64,000 bases of DNA from the human T2T-CHM13v2.0 reference genome, Homo sapiens. The position numbers and the translations under genes are program-made. Where the stretch lies: assembly GCF_009914755.1 (NCBI RefSeq), contig NC_060927.1. One strand, written 5' to 3'. This document shows positions 1 through 23,029 of this stretch, piece by piece. Within the stretch, counting starts at the first letter, position 1. The number at the start of each line of letters is the position of its first letter. Below the pieces are notes generated by a model, which searched no databases, was not told the DNA's origin, and was given only the letters and a program-made list of their open reading frames with translations.

Positions 1-948
1 TTAGTCATCTTTTTCTAGCTTCCCTTTTTTAGCTGTAATACACGGCAGTGACTAAATTTTTCTAGCGTCTTAGGTTAGATCTTTATGTCATTGATTTTTG
101 GACCTTTTTTAATATATACATTTATAGTTTTAAATTTTTGTGTAGGCATTATATTAGCTGCATCTCACAAATTATGTAGTATTTTTGTTATTCAGTTCAA
201 AACATTTTCTAATTTCTCTTTTGATTCCTGCTTTGACACAGGGGTTCTATAGAAGTATGTTCTTTAATTTCTAAATGTATGCTACAAAGAAGGGCATTAT
301 TGGTAGCTGACAGTTAAGAGAAACATATGGGGGTTCTGGAATCATTCAGTGAATTGCTGTGGGGAGGAATTAGGTGATGGGTCCTGAAGACTCTCTTCTA
401 CTAAGGCATATAAAGTTTGTCCTGTCAATACTGGAGAGCAGTGATGGGTTTTAAACAAGGTAGGAACTGATCCTGGCAAGAGTTAAGGGATCTGCAAGAA
501 TTGTGTTATTATTACTGTTGCATAAGGGTGTCAGGAAGCTCATCCTGAGGATGATGGAGTGGAAGGGATATACATTAAGATGCCTTTCCATGTGAGTGAG
601 GCCCTTCTGATGGGAGTGCTGAGGAGAGGAAGAACTAGAGATTGGACACTGGAGTGGTGATGATGGGAGAGGGTAAAGTGGTTAAGGAAGAGTGAGACGT
701 GGAGGAAAAGGCCAACAGTCCTACCTTGAGAGGAGTGGGAATGTGGTGCCCCCCACTGGCAAGATGGGGATACAAGAGGAAGAGCACAGAGTACCTGAAC
801 AGGTGCTGCAAAAGACATCATAGAGATCAAGAGGGGGTCATTAAGGCAGAAGGAAGTTAAGTGTCTGATTTCTGTCAGCAAGATAAGGTATGAGAAATGT
901 TTGAATTTGGCAACAAGGGAGTTTATATTGCCTGGTATATGTGCATAA

Positions 949-3289
<2,341 letters not shown>

Positions 3290-4178
3290 TTAATCCTCTG
3301 GTTACATGTTGATCTAATAGAACTGCAAGTTTCTTCTGAACACCACATTGGTCACATGTGTTCCTTCTAAGTCATTAGTCTTTTTTTTTTTTTGGCTTAC
3401 ATTGGTTGTTTACTACCCTGGATCCATTTTTCTTTTGGAAAAGATTTGGCCTTTTCTTTATAAGTTGTCGTGATAATACTTAATCCTAACTACCAACAGG
3501 TTGTTAGCTCCTTCATTACAACAGCCCAGCAAGAGCTCTTCTTGATTCTACTGAAAGGTTTTCTCTTCACAATTGAACAAATTATAAAGGGTAACAAGGG
3601 GACAGGGGGTGAAGGACTCAGTTATGAAAGTGTTGACTGTGATAGATTCTAAATGGATTGTTGAGCTCTTTCAAGCATTAAAGACTAATGGTGTGAATAC
3701 TAGTTCGTTCCTTAGAAAGCTCAGCTGTTTGTACTCAGACAGATTTTTACCTTTAATCTGGCTTAATATTGTTTAGAAGATTTGTTTTGGCCCTCCTGCC
3801 AGGAGGCCAAGATGGCTCAAGGTGGCCACTGCTTCCTCTGGAAAACTGCTGGGGAGTTGAGATGGGGGTTCAGTCAGTTCTCTCTTGTGACCCAAATCAG
3901 GGAGAAGGTAGCCTCCTTGCTGAGACTACCTTTTAGAATATATTATTCTAGAGTATCATTTTCTCACTGTTTTTCTCCATCTCTGTGCTGCTTTTGCTCA
4001 GAGGACTCTGGGGAATCTGGCTTTCCTGTAGATCCTTCCTGGTGTCCATTACTGGATGAGGTGCAGTGACACTACATTTTCCCTTAATTAGTGGTCTCAG
4101 AATCTCATCAGGTTTGTAGTAGATTTTTGAGAGAGAGAGTCTCCAATCTTCTGTGTACTATCAACCTAATATGTGTAA

Positions 4179-8849
<4,671 letters not shown>

Positions 8850-9656
8850 TTAAAATAACCATGTAGTAGTCCATTGCATAGATCTGTCATATATTATTTA
8901 ACTCATTTTTGTTGGATATTTAGGTTATTTCTAATTTTTTACTATTGTAAGTAATCCTGTGGTAAACATATCCTCTGTCATTTCCTCAGGGAGACTTTAC
9001 AGAAATAGAATTGCGAGCTCAATGCACCTTCTGAGGTTCTTTAGTAGCTATAACTATGTGCTTTAAATGTCCCCTGAGAGCATATAGAGGCCAGAAAGGC
9101 TGCCCACAAATTTCGAAACTGTCCTTGCAACTAGGACTGATTGGCTGCTGGGAATTCAGTGATTTTAAACTGAGTTTTGGGTTTTTATATTTTGTTTGTT
9201 GTTTTCTGGTGTTTCTGTAGGGTTTATGCAAACCCAGGCCTGGGGATTTTCTACAAGTAACAGGCCTAACTAGAGATGTGCTTCCGGCGTACAACCTCCT
9301 ACAGCAGCTTGAGGGAACATATATGACATGAAGGAAACTCCAGCCCTGTTGCTTATATTATTAATAGATGCTAGGTTGTTATTTACTGTAAAATGAGTGT
9401 CTTTAAGTTTCAGATAAAATTAATTTTCTTGAAAGATTTATTAATGAAAACAAAGATTGAAAATCAAGAGATTCATGAAATCACTAAGATTGTAAGAGTC
9501 TAAACTTAAAAGACAAAGCAGAGAACCAAGAGGAGGAATTTGGTAATCCAGCCTGGGCTTGGCATAATAGACATGAATGTATACAGTTCTCAAAATGCGA
9601 AACACTTTAAAAGAAAATGCAGTTATAATTCGATTTTTTTTCTTTCTTCTTTCTAG

Positions 9657-9724
9657 GTATCTCATTCAGTTGCTAAACTTATATTAGTTAATTTCCACTG
9701 GCAAGTTTCAGAGATATTGGACAG
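9657..9724 (+). CDS. ARIH2: ARIH2 coding exon (VSHSVAKLILVNFHWQVSEILDR); N-terminal ~85 codons lie upstream of the window
   Basis: ttctag|GTATCT...GACAG|gtaagg; 68 nt; matches recalled ARIH2 UBA-like region. Confidence 0.95.
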
Positions 9725-10315
9725 GTAAGGTATTTGGGGGAGGAGAGAGAACATTGCCCATAGCTCCCCTCTCCGTGGTGATTATTGTTTACATTTTGGA
9801 CCATATTCGACTATATTCCAATGTGCATAGTATATTTTTAAAACATTGGATTCTATTTTACATCCTCTTCTCTTAATATGTTGTGAACTTTCCCCATGTC
9901 TTCAGTATATTCTTCTACCCCAGTTTTAATACTAACACAGTATTCTATCATAGATATTCCATACTTTTTCCAAACCTCTGTTGTTGGACAGTGAATTCAG
10001 ATTTTCTTTCCCATTGTTAATTTTTAATCAGTGCCTTTCTAGGTAACACGCGCCAACATCTTTTACTTCTTTTGGATACGTCAACTTGAGGATTGTATCA
10101 TAGTACGAGTTGTATTTCCTTTAGAAAATGTAGGCTGCTGGCTGTACGTGGTGGCTCATGCCTGTAATCTCAGCACTTTGGGAGGCTGAGGCGGGCGGAT
10201 CACCTGAGGTCAGGAGTTTGAAATCAGCCTGGCCAGCATGATGAAACCCCTTCTCTACTAAAAATATGAAAATCAACCTGGCGTGGTGGTGCACTCCTGT
10301 AGTCCCAGCTACTCA

Positions 10316-10453
<138 letters not shown>

Positions 10454-10648
10454 TTACCACCCACCACCTCTACCAGCAGTGTATTTGAGTATTTCTTTCC
10501 ACCTCCTCCAGAACTAGAGATCTTAAGATACAGACCTTAGAGTCTCAAGATGTCTTACAAGTTGTCAGGAAAAGGGGCACCTCCTCCTCTGCATCCTCTG
10601 TAGAGATCTCCTATGCTCACCCTCGGAGGCGTGTGCCCCTGTCTAGCA

Positions 10649-11217
<569 letters not shown>

Positions 11218-12094
11218 TAACTGCACTCATCCTGTGTGCTCAAGAACGGAATATATTTAGATGGAATTGCAGATGAACTGCTGCTGCCTTATTATTATAC
11301 TACTGCCCAAAACTCTGGAACCACATAGGTTCTGGCAATAGGATATCTCTCACTGCCCACACTCTTTCAGCATAACTCAGGAGTGGAGATTTGGATGGCA
11401 AAAGATACTTAAAATATTACTGTGGGAATTAGGAATAAAACGGGCCCCTCAATAAGGATAGCTGAGGGAAGCATTCTGACTAGGTAGAAATCACATAGAT
11501 GAGACATAATTCTTTTCTGCTCCAATTCCTGGTATCTTGGAAATATGTTGACCTGGGCTTTGTGTGGCACTTTTATTGCCACTTGATAATTCTGTTATAA
11601 ATGGAAAATTATTGTAGGTAACTCTTACTGTCACGTAATTTTTCTGGAGTTAAATATAGAAAAGGAATTATTGGCTATAGCATACGTGTAGTTTTGTCTT
11701 TGCTAAATAATTCCAGGTTGTTTTCCAGAGTGATTTACCACTTTACACGCTCAGCAGTGGTATATAGGTGTTCCTGATATTGTAAGACTTAAAGTTTTGC
11801 AGTTTGGTGGATGTAAATGGCATCTAATTGTTTCAATGGTCCTGTATTATTAAGGAGGTTGAGAATCTTTTCATATGTTTAATGGCCATTTGTGCTGCCT
11901 CCTCCTTTGAAATGCCTGTTAAGTCTTCTCCCCATTTTTTATTGAGTTATTTTGTTATTCCAAATGGATCCTTCCCCCTTCTCCCATGTCCAGTTCCTAG
12001 AACCAAATGGATTTTTAGGAGTTTTGTTTACTCTGAATACTGATCCTTTGCCAGTTATTTTTTTTATTTTTATTTTTATTTTTATTTTTTTTAA

Positions 12095-12705
<611 letters not shown>

Positions 12706-12963
12706 TGACTTTGGTGTCTTCTGATGAATTGAGGTTCTTAAATGTAGCATGATTTATTGGGCTTTATATTTTTTATTATTCCTTTATATTTTGCATTTTC
12801 TGTCTTGAGAAAAAAAGTCTTTGTACTGAGATAAAAGGAAGCTTAGTTCTGTGAGAAAGTAGAGACAAAGATGCTCTAAACATCTTTCTCTGTCCTGTTA
12901 TTGTTCAGGGGTAAAAATGTCTTTAGCTTCTGATTGCCTTCATTTCTGCTTTTTGTTTTGTAG

Positions 12964-13027
12964 ATACAAGTCCAATTCTGCTCAACTGCTTGTTGAGGCT
13001 CGAGTTCAGCCTAATCCATCAAAACAT
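12964..13027 (+). CDS. ARIH2: ARIH2 coding exon ([21 protein letters not shown])
   Basis: tgtag|ATAC...AAACAT|gtgagt; 64 nt; phase matches previous exon. Confidence 0.95.
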
Positions 13028-13236
13028 GTGAGTGTCTATTACTTGAATGAGGCTTCTCCTAATTGCATGTGGTTCTTGCTTTGGCTTGCAGTGTCCTTAA
13101 GAGCTATCTTTACTTGGCTGGGTGCGGTGTGGCTCACGCCTGTAATCCCAGCACTTTGGGAGGCTGAGGCGGGTGGATTACGAGGTCAGGAGATCGAGAC
13201 CATCCTGGCTAACACGGTGAAACCCTGTCTCTACTA

Positions 13237-13434
<198 letters not shown>

Positions 13435-13711
13435 TTATAGTTCAACATGCCCACAATATTTGTTCTAGTATTGACTTAAATCTTCTGTTATGGTTTGAAA
13501 AGTTTCCTTATAGATAGGGACTAAGTCATTGCCTGTCCTTGGGCCCTCTCCAGCCCCACTTTCCTCTCTGCACTTTCAGCCTGCACTCCATTCCTTCTGG
13601 GTGCTTTGGTGTGTCTGAGATTACTGCATATGTCTTCTGTTTGTGCCTTCCCTTCCTAGAATGTTCAGACTCTGGCTCCACCTTTGCTTATAGGGAGGGA
13701 ATTCACCTTTA

Positions 13712-14002
<291 letters not shown>

Positions 14003-15171
14003 TCAGAAGAAAAAAAAAAATCTAAGCCACCTCTGACAAAGCCTGTCTCCTGGATCATTCCCCTGGAAACTCACCTAATTATATCTATAAACTTTTACAT
14101 GTGTGTTATAGTGATTAACTCATATCATTTTACCACCCCTACCATAGAAGCTGTATTTTAACAATGCATAGCAATTTCCTGTTTATCTAGGAGCTAAACG
14201 AACATATGTCGAATATTTTTTGAATGAGGGCCATGCTAAAATAGATCTTGGAAGGCAGAATTGGGGCTCAGATCACCACATAATTTCTGCAGCCTCTTAA
14301 GACAAAGGTTTCCAGAAGCAAAATGGATAAACATGAGAATCCAGTTCTTTTTCTCAACTTGTTTTTTTATATTCCCAGTTAACTAAAAAGAACCTAATGT
14401 TCTTGTAAGTGGACTTTTCCATTGGTTTGTGGTTTTAGCCAAGGTCCCCAGATTGTCTTTCTCTGCCAGTTTGTGTAGCATGATGTGGATTCTGGAGTTC
14501 ATGCTATACAGTTATTTGCACACATTCTAGAAGAGTTTCTTCCCCTAGTTGGTGTCTCCACATCCCCCCCGCCAATATTAATTACATGTGACATCTGGTG
14601 TATTAAGGATGAGTTGTAACTTGGTAAAGGCTGTAGTATTTTGTGGTTTGGGTACGTCGATATAGTGAAACCACTGTCCTTGACAAGTAAAACTACAGTG
14701 TTGGCTGTTAGAAGATTTATAAACTCATCCTCTAATAACCTTTGTGACTAGGTTTCTAGTAGTTGTGAGGGGCAACTCTGCTGTGCTTAACAGGGGTAGT
14801 CTACAAAAGAAACCTGATAGCTTCTAAAAGAATTTGGACTAAGTGACTTCTAAGGACCTTGGCAATTCTGAAACCCTGAGTTTTTCAGTCTGCCATTATA
14901 AACCACTGTAAGTTCTCATTTCAGCCTTGTTTCTGCCTCTGAATCCTGGTGATTTTGCAAGCCCAGCCCAGCTGCCACCTCCTTCAGGAAGCCTTCCTGG
15001 TATATACTTTTAGCTTAGTACCCTTGGGACTCAGAGTCCACACATTGCAGTTGAGCTCTGATACTTGTTGCAGGGTGAGGATCACTTTCCATGCACCCGG
15101 CTGCATGAGGTACCCTTATGGCCTTCTGGACCTGACTCCTCTTTGGCTCATGTGGCTCTGTTTCTCTCCAG

Positions 15172-15322
15172 GTTCCCACATCCCATCCCCCTCACCACTG
15201 TGCAGTGTGTATGCAGTTTGTGCGAAAGGAAAACCTACTCTCTCTGGCCTGTCAGCACCAGTTTTGCCGCAGCTGCTGGGAGCAGCACTGCTCAGTTCTC
15301 GTCAAGGACGGCGTGGGCGTGG
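15172..15322 (+). CDS. ARIH2: ARIH2 coding exon, RING1 (CAVC...CQHQFCRSC)
   Basis: ctccag|GTTCCC...GTGG|gtgagt; 151 nt; RING Cys/His pattern. Confidence 0.96.
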
Positions 15323-15959
15323 GTGAGTCTGCCACAGAACTTATAAAAAGCTGGCATGAAGTGTTTATCTTTGACTCTGCCTTTTCATGTACTCAAGTAA
15401 ACTGAGTATTTTCTTCTGAGCCTGATTGGGGTTTTTATCATCAGAACTAGTGATTTTCAAATACATCCATACAAACAGTGACAAAGTTTTCCCCAGTCCT
15501 CAGCAAAACGAGAAAACTAAATATACTGTTGTAAATGTTGGCGTGAGTGCAGAGCTACCTTCTCTCACCTTTTGGGAGAACGATCCTTTAAGCTGCCTAC
15601 CTTGATTCCACAAGTGGCAGCCATAACTCAGAAATGCCCACAAGAGTTTGCTGCTATTTAGGTAACATAGCACAAATCAAATTTGATGATTAGTTACAGA
15701 AGTATTTGTTATACTGTGATTTGATGATACTGAAACACATTAGCATCGCATTAATTGATATCTGCAAAGTCCCACAATTGGTGATAATCACCTCTAAATA
15801 ATGTTAAACATCACAAAACTCAATTGTTAGTCAAGAACCTATATAAGGATTTTTTAAATGGTTTTGTTATTTAATGGTGCCGTTAGTGATACAATTTGGG
15901 ATAATATTTTAGTTTCATTGCTGTGAAAATATGCTAATTTCTCTCTTCTCTTTGAATAA

Positions 15960-16492
<533 letters not shown>

Positions 16493-16580
16493 TGATCTGC
16501 CTGCCTTGGCCTCCCAAAGTGCTGGGATTACAGGCATGAGCTATCGCACCTGGCCCCATCAGGTTGTTTTTGTTCAACAG

Positions 16581-16702
16581 GAGTCTCTTGCATGGCTCAG
16601 GACTGTCCACTCCGTACACCAGAGGACTTTGTGTTTCCATTGCTTCCCAATGAAGAATTGAGAGAGAAATACAGGCGCTACCTCTTCAGGGACTATGTGG
16701 AG
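16581..16702 (+). CDS. ARIH2: ARIH2 coding exon, end of RING1 and linker (SCMAQDCP...FRDYVE)
   Basis: caacag|GAGTC...GTGGAG|gtatgg; 122 nt. Confidence 0.95.
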
Positions 16703-16867
16703 GTATGGCCAGCCTTTGTTCTGCCCTCTGTCTTCCCGGGCCTACCTTCCATCAGAGGGTCACCACAGTTACTTACTTTGTAGACTAGGCTGACATTAAG
16801 TGATAGTGTTCAAAGAAAGCGCTCCATGGCTTTAAAAAAAGTTTGAAAACCACTGGAGTGATAGTGA

Positions 16868-17156
<289 letters not shown>

Positions 17157-18104
17157 TGATCTGCCCCCCTCGGCCTCCCAAAGTGCTGGGATTACAGGCG
17201 TGAGCCACTGCACCCAGCCTCTTTCTTTTTTTTTTTTTTTTTAACCTCTGAGTCTTGATTTTCTCTTCCATAGACAGACCTCCCCACCTTATACATAGTT
17301 GCTTAAAGAAGCTATTGTGTGTCAGCAGGTGAATACAAATTAGGCATATTTAGGAGCTGCTGTTAGATTCAGTTTCCTGTGTGGTTGAGCAGAGAGAAGG
17401 GGTATTGCTTTTTGAGTAATTGGAAAACTTGTCCAGGATTCAGCGTGGTCACTTTTGGAGTCCTTTCCCTCTATTAGGCCATCTGCTAGGCCTGCTGATT
17501 CCATGCAATATAATTTTCTTTTCTTTTTCTTTTTCTTCTTTTTTTTTTTTGGAGACAGGGTTTTACTCTGTCATCCAGGCTGGAGTATAGAGGCACAAAC
17601 ATGGCTCACTGCAGCCTCTGACCTCCCAGGCTCAAGCAATCCTCCCACCTTAGCCTCCCGAGCAACTGGGACTACTGGCGCGCACCACCAAACCCAGCTA
17701 ATTTTTGTATTTTTCGTAAAGATGGGTGTTTCACCATCTTGCCCAGGCTGGTCTCGAACTTCTGAGCTCAAGCCATTCACCCGATGCAGCATAACTTTCA
17801 TCTTTGTCTTTTTTGCCTAAGCTTTTCAGATTAATTTATGGTCTGGGTCTTGTCATGCACATGCCGCAGGATAAACAGAAGGCCTTGTTCTTTATGCTGT
17901 TTGCTGCCTTTGAGGGTCATTGAGCTCCTCAGATATATGTTTTTTTTTTTTTTTTGAGATGGAGTCTCACTCTGTCACCGAGGCCGGAGTACAGGGACAC
18001 GATCTCAGCTCAATGCAACCTCTATCTCCCAGGTTCAAGCGATTCTGCAGCCTCAGCCTCCTGAGTAGCTGAGGTTACAAGCTCGCGCCACCACACCCAA
18101 CTAA

Positions 18105-18374
<270 letters not shown>

Positions 18375-18645
18375 TAGGACTATAGGCAGGAGCCACTATG
18401 CCTGGTGCAATTCTATATAAACTTAGATCATTCCAGTGAGTTGCTACCTGGTTTAAGCTAAACGTTCTAAATTCCTCTTTAATATCTGGCTTACGTTTGG
18501 TCTTCACATCCTTTCTGAATTTATATAGCCCCTTCGTATAAGTCATCAGCTGGGAGAACAGAAAGTGTTTGAATATTCAGGGGGTTCTGATTTTTAGACA
18601 GCAACTAAGAGATGTCCTCATTGTTTCCTCTTGGTGTGTTCACAG

Positions 18646-18755
18646 AGTCATTACCAGCTCCAGCTGTGCCCTGGTGCAGACTGCCCCATGGTTATTCGGG
18701 TACAGGAGCCTAGAGCTCGCCGAGTACAGTGCAATCGGTGCAACGAGGTCTTCTG
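18646..18755 (+). CDS. ARIH2: ARIH2 coding exon, IBR (CPGADC...CNRC)
   Basis: cacag|AGTCAT...TTCTG|gtaaga; 110 nt. Confidence 0.95.
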
Positions 18756-20587
18756 GTAAGAGTGAGTGTGAGTGCTGAGCAGCCCTGGGCTCATGCCCCA
18801 TCCTCCAAAGCACCACTGCTGTTGCTCCATGTGAGGGCGGCACTGGAAGAGGCAGGGTCTCTGAGCCAACAGAACAGCTGTGCTCCAAGTGGGTAGGTTT
18901 ATGTCCAGCATCTCATATTCCACTAGGTCTTCAATACATGCTCAGTCTGGAGGCAAGGAAGTGACACAGGTTCTTGGAAAATGTGTTGTGGCTTATGCTA
19001 CTAGGTCTCATGGCCCAGAGATTGTGTGGGATGTATCTGCCTGCATAGCTAATCACATATTACTGTGTTTGAAAGATATAAACTTGAACATTTTAATCTT
19101 TCTCTGTCTTGGCCTTACTTGGCTAATTTTTGTTAAACTAAGTCATAAATATATTCTACATCTACTCAAGGTTCACTTCATTCAGTAGATACCATGGGAA
19201 TAACTAAAGTTTACCGAAGGCTTACCAGGTGACAGGCACTATCCTGATCACTTACCCTGCATTATCACAACTGTATATGACCCTTATATTCTCTCTTTTT
19301 TTGTTGTTTTCTTGAGACGGAGTCTTTCTCTGTAGCCCAGGCTGGAGTGCAGTGGCACATACTTGGCTCACCACAACCTCCGCCTTCCAGGTTCAAGTGA
19401 TTCTCCTGCCTCAGCCTCCTGAGTAGCTGGGACTACAGGCATGTGCCACCATGCCCAGCTAATTTTTGTATTTTTAGTAGAGACAGGGTTTCACTGTGTT
19501 GGCCAGGCTGGTCTCAAACTCCTGACCTCGTGATCTGCCCGCCTTGGGCTCCCAAAGTGCTGGGATTACAGGATTGAGCCAACCGCGCCTAGCCATGACC
19601 CTTATATTCTATGAATAAATCAAGGTACAAGGTAAACCTAGTAAATCGTAGAGCCATAATTTAGGCCCAGATCTGTCCTAATCATACCTCCCTGGAATAT
19701 TCATGGTGGGGCTTCAGAGAAACTACATGGAAAATGTGATGTGTGTGTGTACGCACATGCCTGCATTTCAAGACATTATTGACACCAAAGGTTAAGAATC
19801 ACTAATGCAGTGGTTCTTTCATTTTAAATCCGGCAGCCCCCAGGATCACAGCAGATTCAGAAGACTCCTTGTAATTGTTCTTTATCCTTGTGTCCCACTT
19901 TATGAAATTCTTTCCCTGGGTATTTGCCTGAGGGCCTTTTCTAGCCACAAAGTACTGTTGGCCTCCACAAAAGAAAATTTCAAAATATGGAAGCCTAGCC
20001 CGACGAATATTGGAGTGTCTTTTTTTTCTGTTTTAAGTTTCAGTGTCATCAGATGTATCATGACCCTACAGATTTTGCACGTTCTGGCATTTGTGCATTC
20101 TTGTGTGCATATCTGACTGGGAGATCCGATGAGACTCCCGGAAGTGGGTCTCAATCCTGCCTTAGGTCTGAGCTAAGGAGTCCTTCTCAGAGCACCTCAC
20201 CATGCCCTTTGAGAGTCATAGCTCTGTGTTTGACATCTTGGGAGTTGGTAAACAAGATGTTTAAACAAGGTATTTAACATACATATCATAGCTCACTGCA
20301 GCCTCAAACCCCTGGGATGAAGTGATCCTTCTGCCTTAGCCTCCCAAGTAACTGAAACTACAGATGCCCAGCTAATTTTTTTAAATTTGTTGTAGGGGCC
20401 AAGTGTGGTGGCTCACACCTGTGACCCCAGCTTTAGGACCCCTGTGACTTTAGGAGACTGAGGCGGGTGGATCACCTAAGGTCAGGAGTTCAAGACTAGC
20501 CTGGCCAACATGGTGAAATCATGTCTCTACTAAAGATACAAAAATTAGCCAGGAATAGTGGCAGGAGCCTGTAATCTCAGCTAGTCA

Positions 20588-20692
<105 letters not shown>

Positions 20693-21439
20693 TCAGAAAA
20701 AAAATTGTAGAGACAGGGTCTTCCTATGTTGCCTAGGTTGGTTGGTCTCAAACTCCTGGTCTAAAGCAATCCTTTTTTTAAAAAACAGGGTCTCTCTCAG
20801 TTGTCCACGTTGCAGTACAGTGATGCGAACACAGCTCACTGCAGCCTTGACCTCCAGAGCTCAGGCAAATCCTCCTGCCTTAGACTCTCTAGTAGCTGGG
20901 ACTACAGACACATAGCACTACACCTGGCTAATTTTTTCATTTTTTGTAGAGATGGGATCTCACCATATTGCCCAGGCTGGTTTCAAACTCCTGGGCTCAA
21001 GCAGTCCTCCCATCTCAACCTTCCATAGTGCTAGGATTACAAGCATGAATCACTGCACTCGGCCTACAGAAATATTTTATTTGTGCGTGTTAGAGCATGT
21101 CTTACAAAGGCTTAAGTTGAAGAGACATTCATGCAGTATTTCAGTATAACTCTGGGTAGGTAAAGGTTCCACAAGCCTTGAGAGATAACTTTACCTATTT
21201 GAAAAGCTCTAGGCCGGGCACAGTGGCCCACGCCTGTAATCCCAGCACTTTGGGAGGCTGAGGCGGGCAGATCTCGAGGTCAAGAGATCAAGACTATCCT
21301 GGCCAACATGGTGAAACCCCATCTCTACTAAAAATACAAAAATTAGACTGGGCGCGGTGGCTCACGCCTGTAATCCCAGCACTTTGGGAGGCCGAGGTGG
21401 GTGGATCACGAGGTCAGGAGATCGAGACCATCCTGGCTA

Positions 21440-21652
<213 letters not shown>

Positions 21653-21748
21653 CTAATTCATGATTTGTTGGCTTGGATAAAAGGAAAATTTTGAACATGG
21701 GACCCTGACTTAATGAATATTTGAATGTTTTTCTTTTCCAATTTTAAG

Positions 21749-21866
21749 TTTCAAGTGTCGTCAGATGTATCACGCACCCACAGACTGTGCCACAATCCGG
21801 AAATGGCTCACGAAGTGTGCAGACGACTCTGAAACAGCCAACTACATTAGTGCTCACACTAAAGAC
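21749..21866 (+). CDS. ARIH2: ARIH2 coding exon, end of IBR ([13 protein letters not shown]...AHTKD)
   Basis: ttttaag|TTTCAAG...AAAGAC|gtaagg; 118 nt. Confidence 0.95.
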
Positions 21867-22866
21867 GTAAGGACCGTATTTTACCTCTCATGGATTTGCC
21901 CTCCTTAGTGCTGCCCAGGGCCTTGCCTTGGAGATTTGCCATCTGAGAGCAGAATACCCAGAGCCCCAGGACCCTTCCTGAGGACTGGGGGTTTGGGGAC
22001 CCTCACACAGAGTTGGCAGCTCGTAGCAGTTTATTATAGGATGCATTGGGTGCATATTTTCTTTATTATGATGAAATGCCAAAATGCCAGGAAAGGGGGA
22101 CCCAAAGGGGGAGCTAATTAGAAGAGAACTAATTATGATTGAACGCCTACCAGCCTTTAACAGCCCTGAAAGGGAGGTGGTTAATAGCCACACTTGATAC
22201 ATATAAGGCTGTAATGCAAGCCCAGACCTGCACGATACTCATTTTGAAGTCTCCCATGGGAAAGTATGGCCTGTGGGCTCTAGGGGCCACTGTACCCTTT
22301 GTCAGTCACTCGCCGAGTCAGTGCACTCACAAGCACAGTTACGATAACGACATTATTAAACATAGTCGACTTCACGGCAGTGGGAGATCACAGCATCAGA
22401 CTGGTGTCTTCATTGCTGCCTCAGGTTGCTGGCATCTCTCAAATGGGAGAGATGAGCTTTAGATGTGGTTTCCTTGCCCTCTTCTCGAAGCAGAAGTTCA
22501 GGCAAGCTGACCAGGACTGAATCCATTGTGGCAGCTCCTGTGCTTCTTTGGCAGTCCTCTCAAGAAGGCAGGCTTTCTGCTGATTCAACTTGTGCTTAAT
22601 CTGAGTAGCTTCATGGCAGGGGCAGATGGTGGAAGACTTAGTGGGGTTCAGCTGGTGCTTGAAGCATTTCAAAGCTAAATGTGCTGACCTCATTTCCTTG
22701 AATTGCTGTTCCAGCCTCAGCGACCTGCCACATTTAAGTGAGGTGCTCCTCCCCAGAAGTGCTCACACCATGAGCAACTGGGCACAGGTGCCAGGAGCTT
22801 TGTGTAATTTGTCTTAAAACCAACCTGGTGGTGTGTGAGCCTAATGGCACCCTTCTGTCTCCTCAG

Positions 22867-22917
22867 TGTCCCAAGTGCAACATCTGCATTGAGAAGAATG
22901 GAGGCTGCAATCACATG
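22867..22917 (+). CDS. ARIH2: ARIH2 coding exon, RING2/Rcat with catalytic GGCNHM motif
   Basis: cctcag|TGTCCC...CACATG|gtgagc; 51 nt; [17 protein letters not shown]. Confidence 0.96.
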
Positions 22918-23007
22918 GTGAGCAGAAGCCTCTGCAGTTTGCATGTGTGACATGGAAGCTTTGGTCAGTGTGCCCTTAACGTGTTTTCTTCTGTTTCCCT
23001 CTGACAG

Positions 23008-23029
23008 CAATGCTCCAAATGTAAACACG
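23008..23029 (+). CDS. ARIH2: ARIH2 22-nt microexon (QCSKCKH)
   Basis: tgacag|CAATGC...CACG|gtgagt; required to keep frame and supply RING2 cysteines. Confidence 0.93.
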
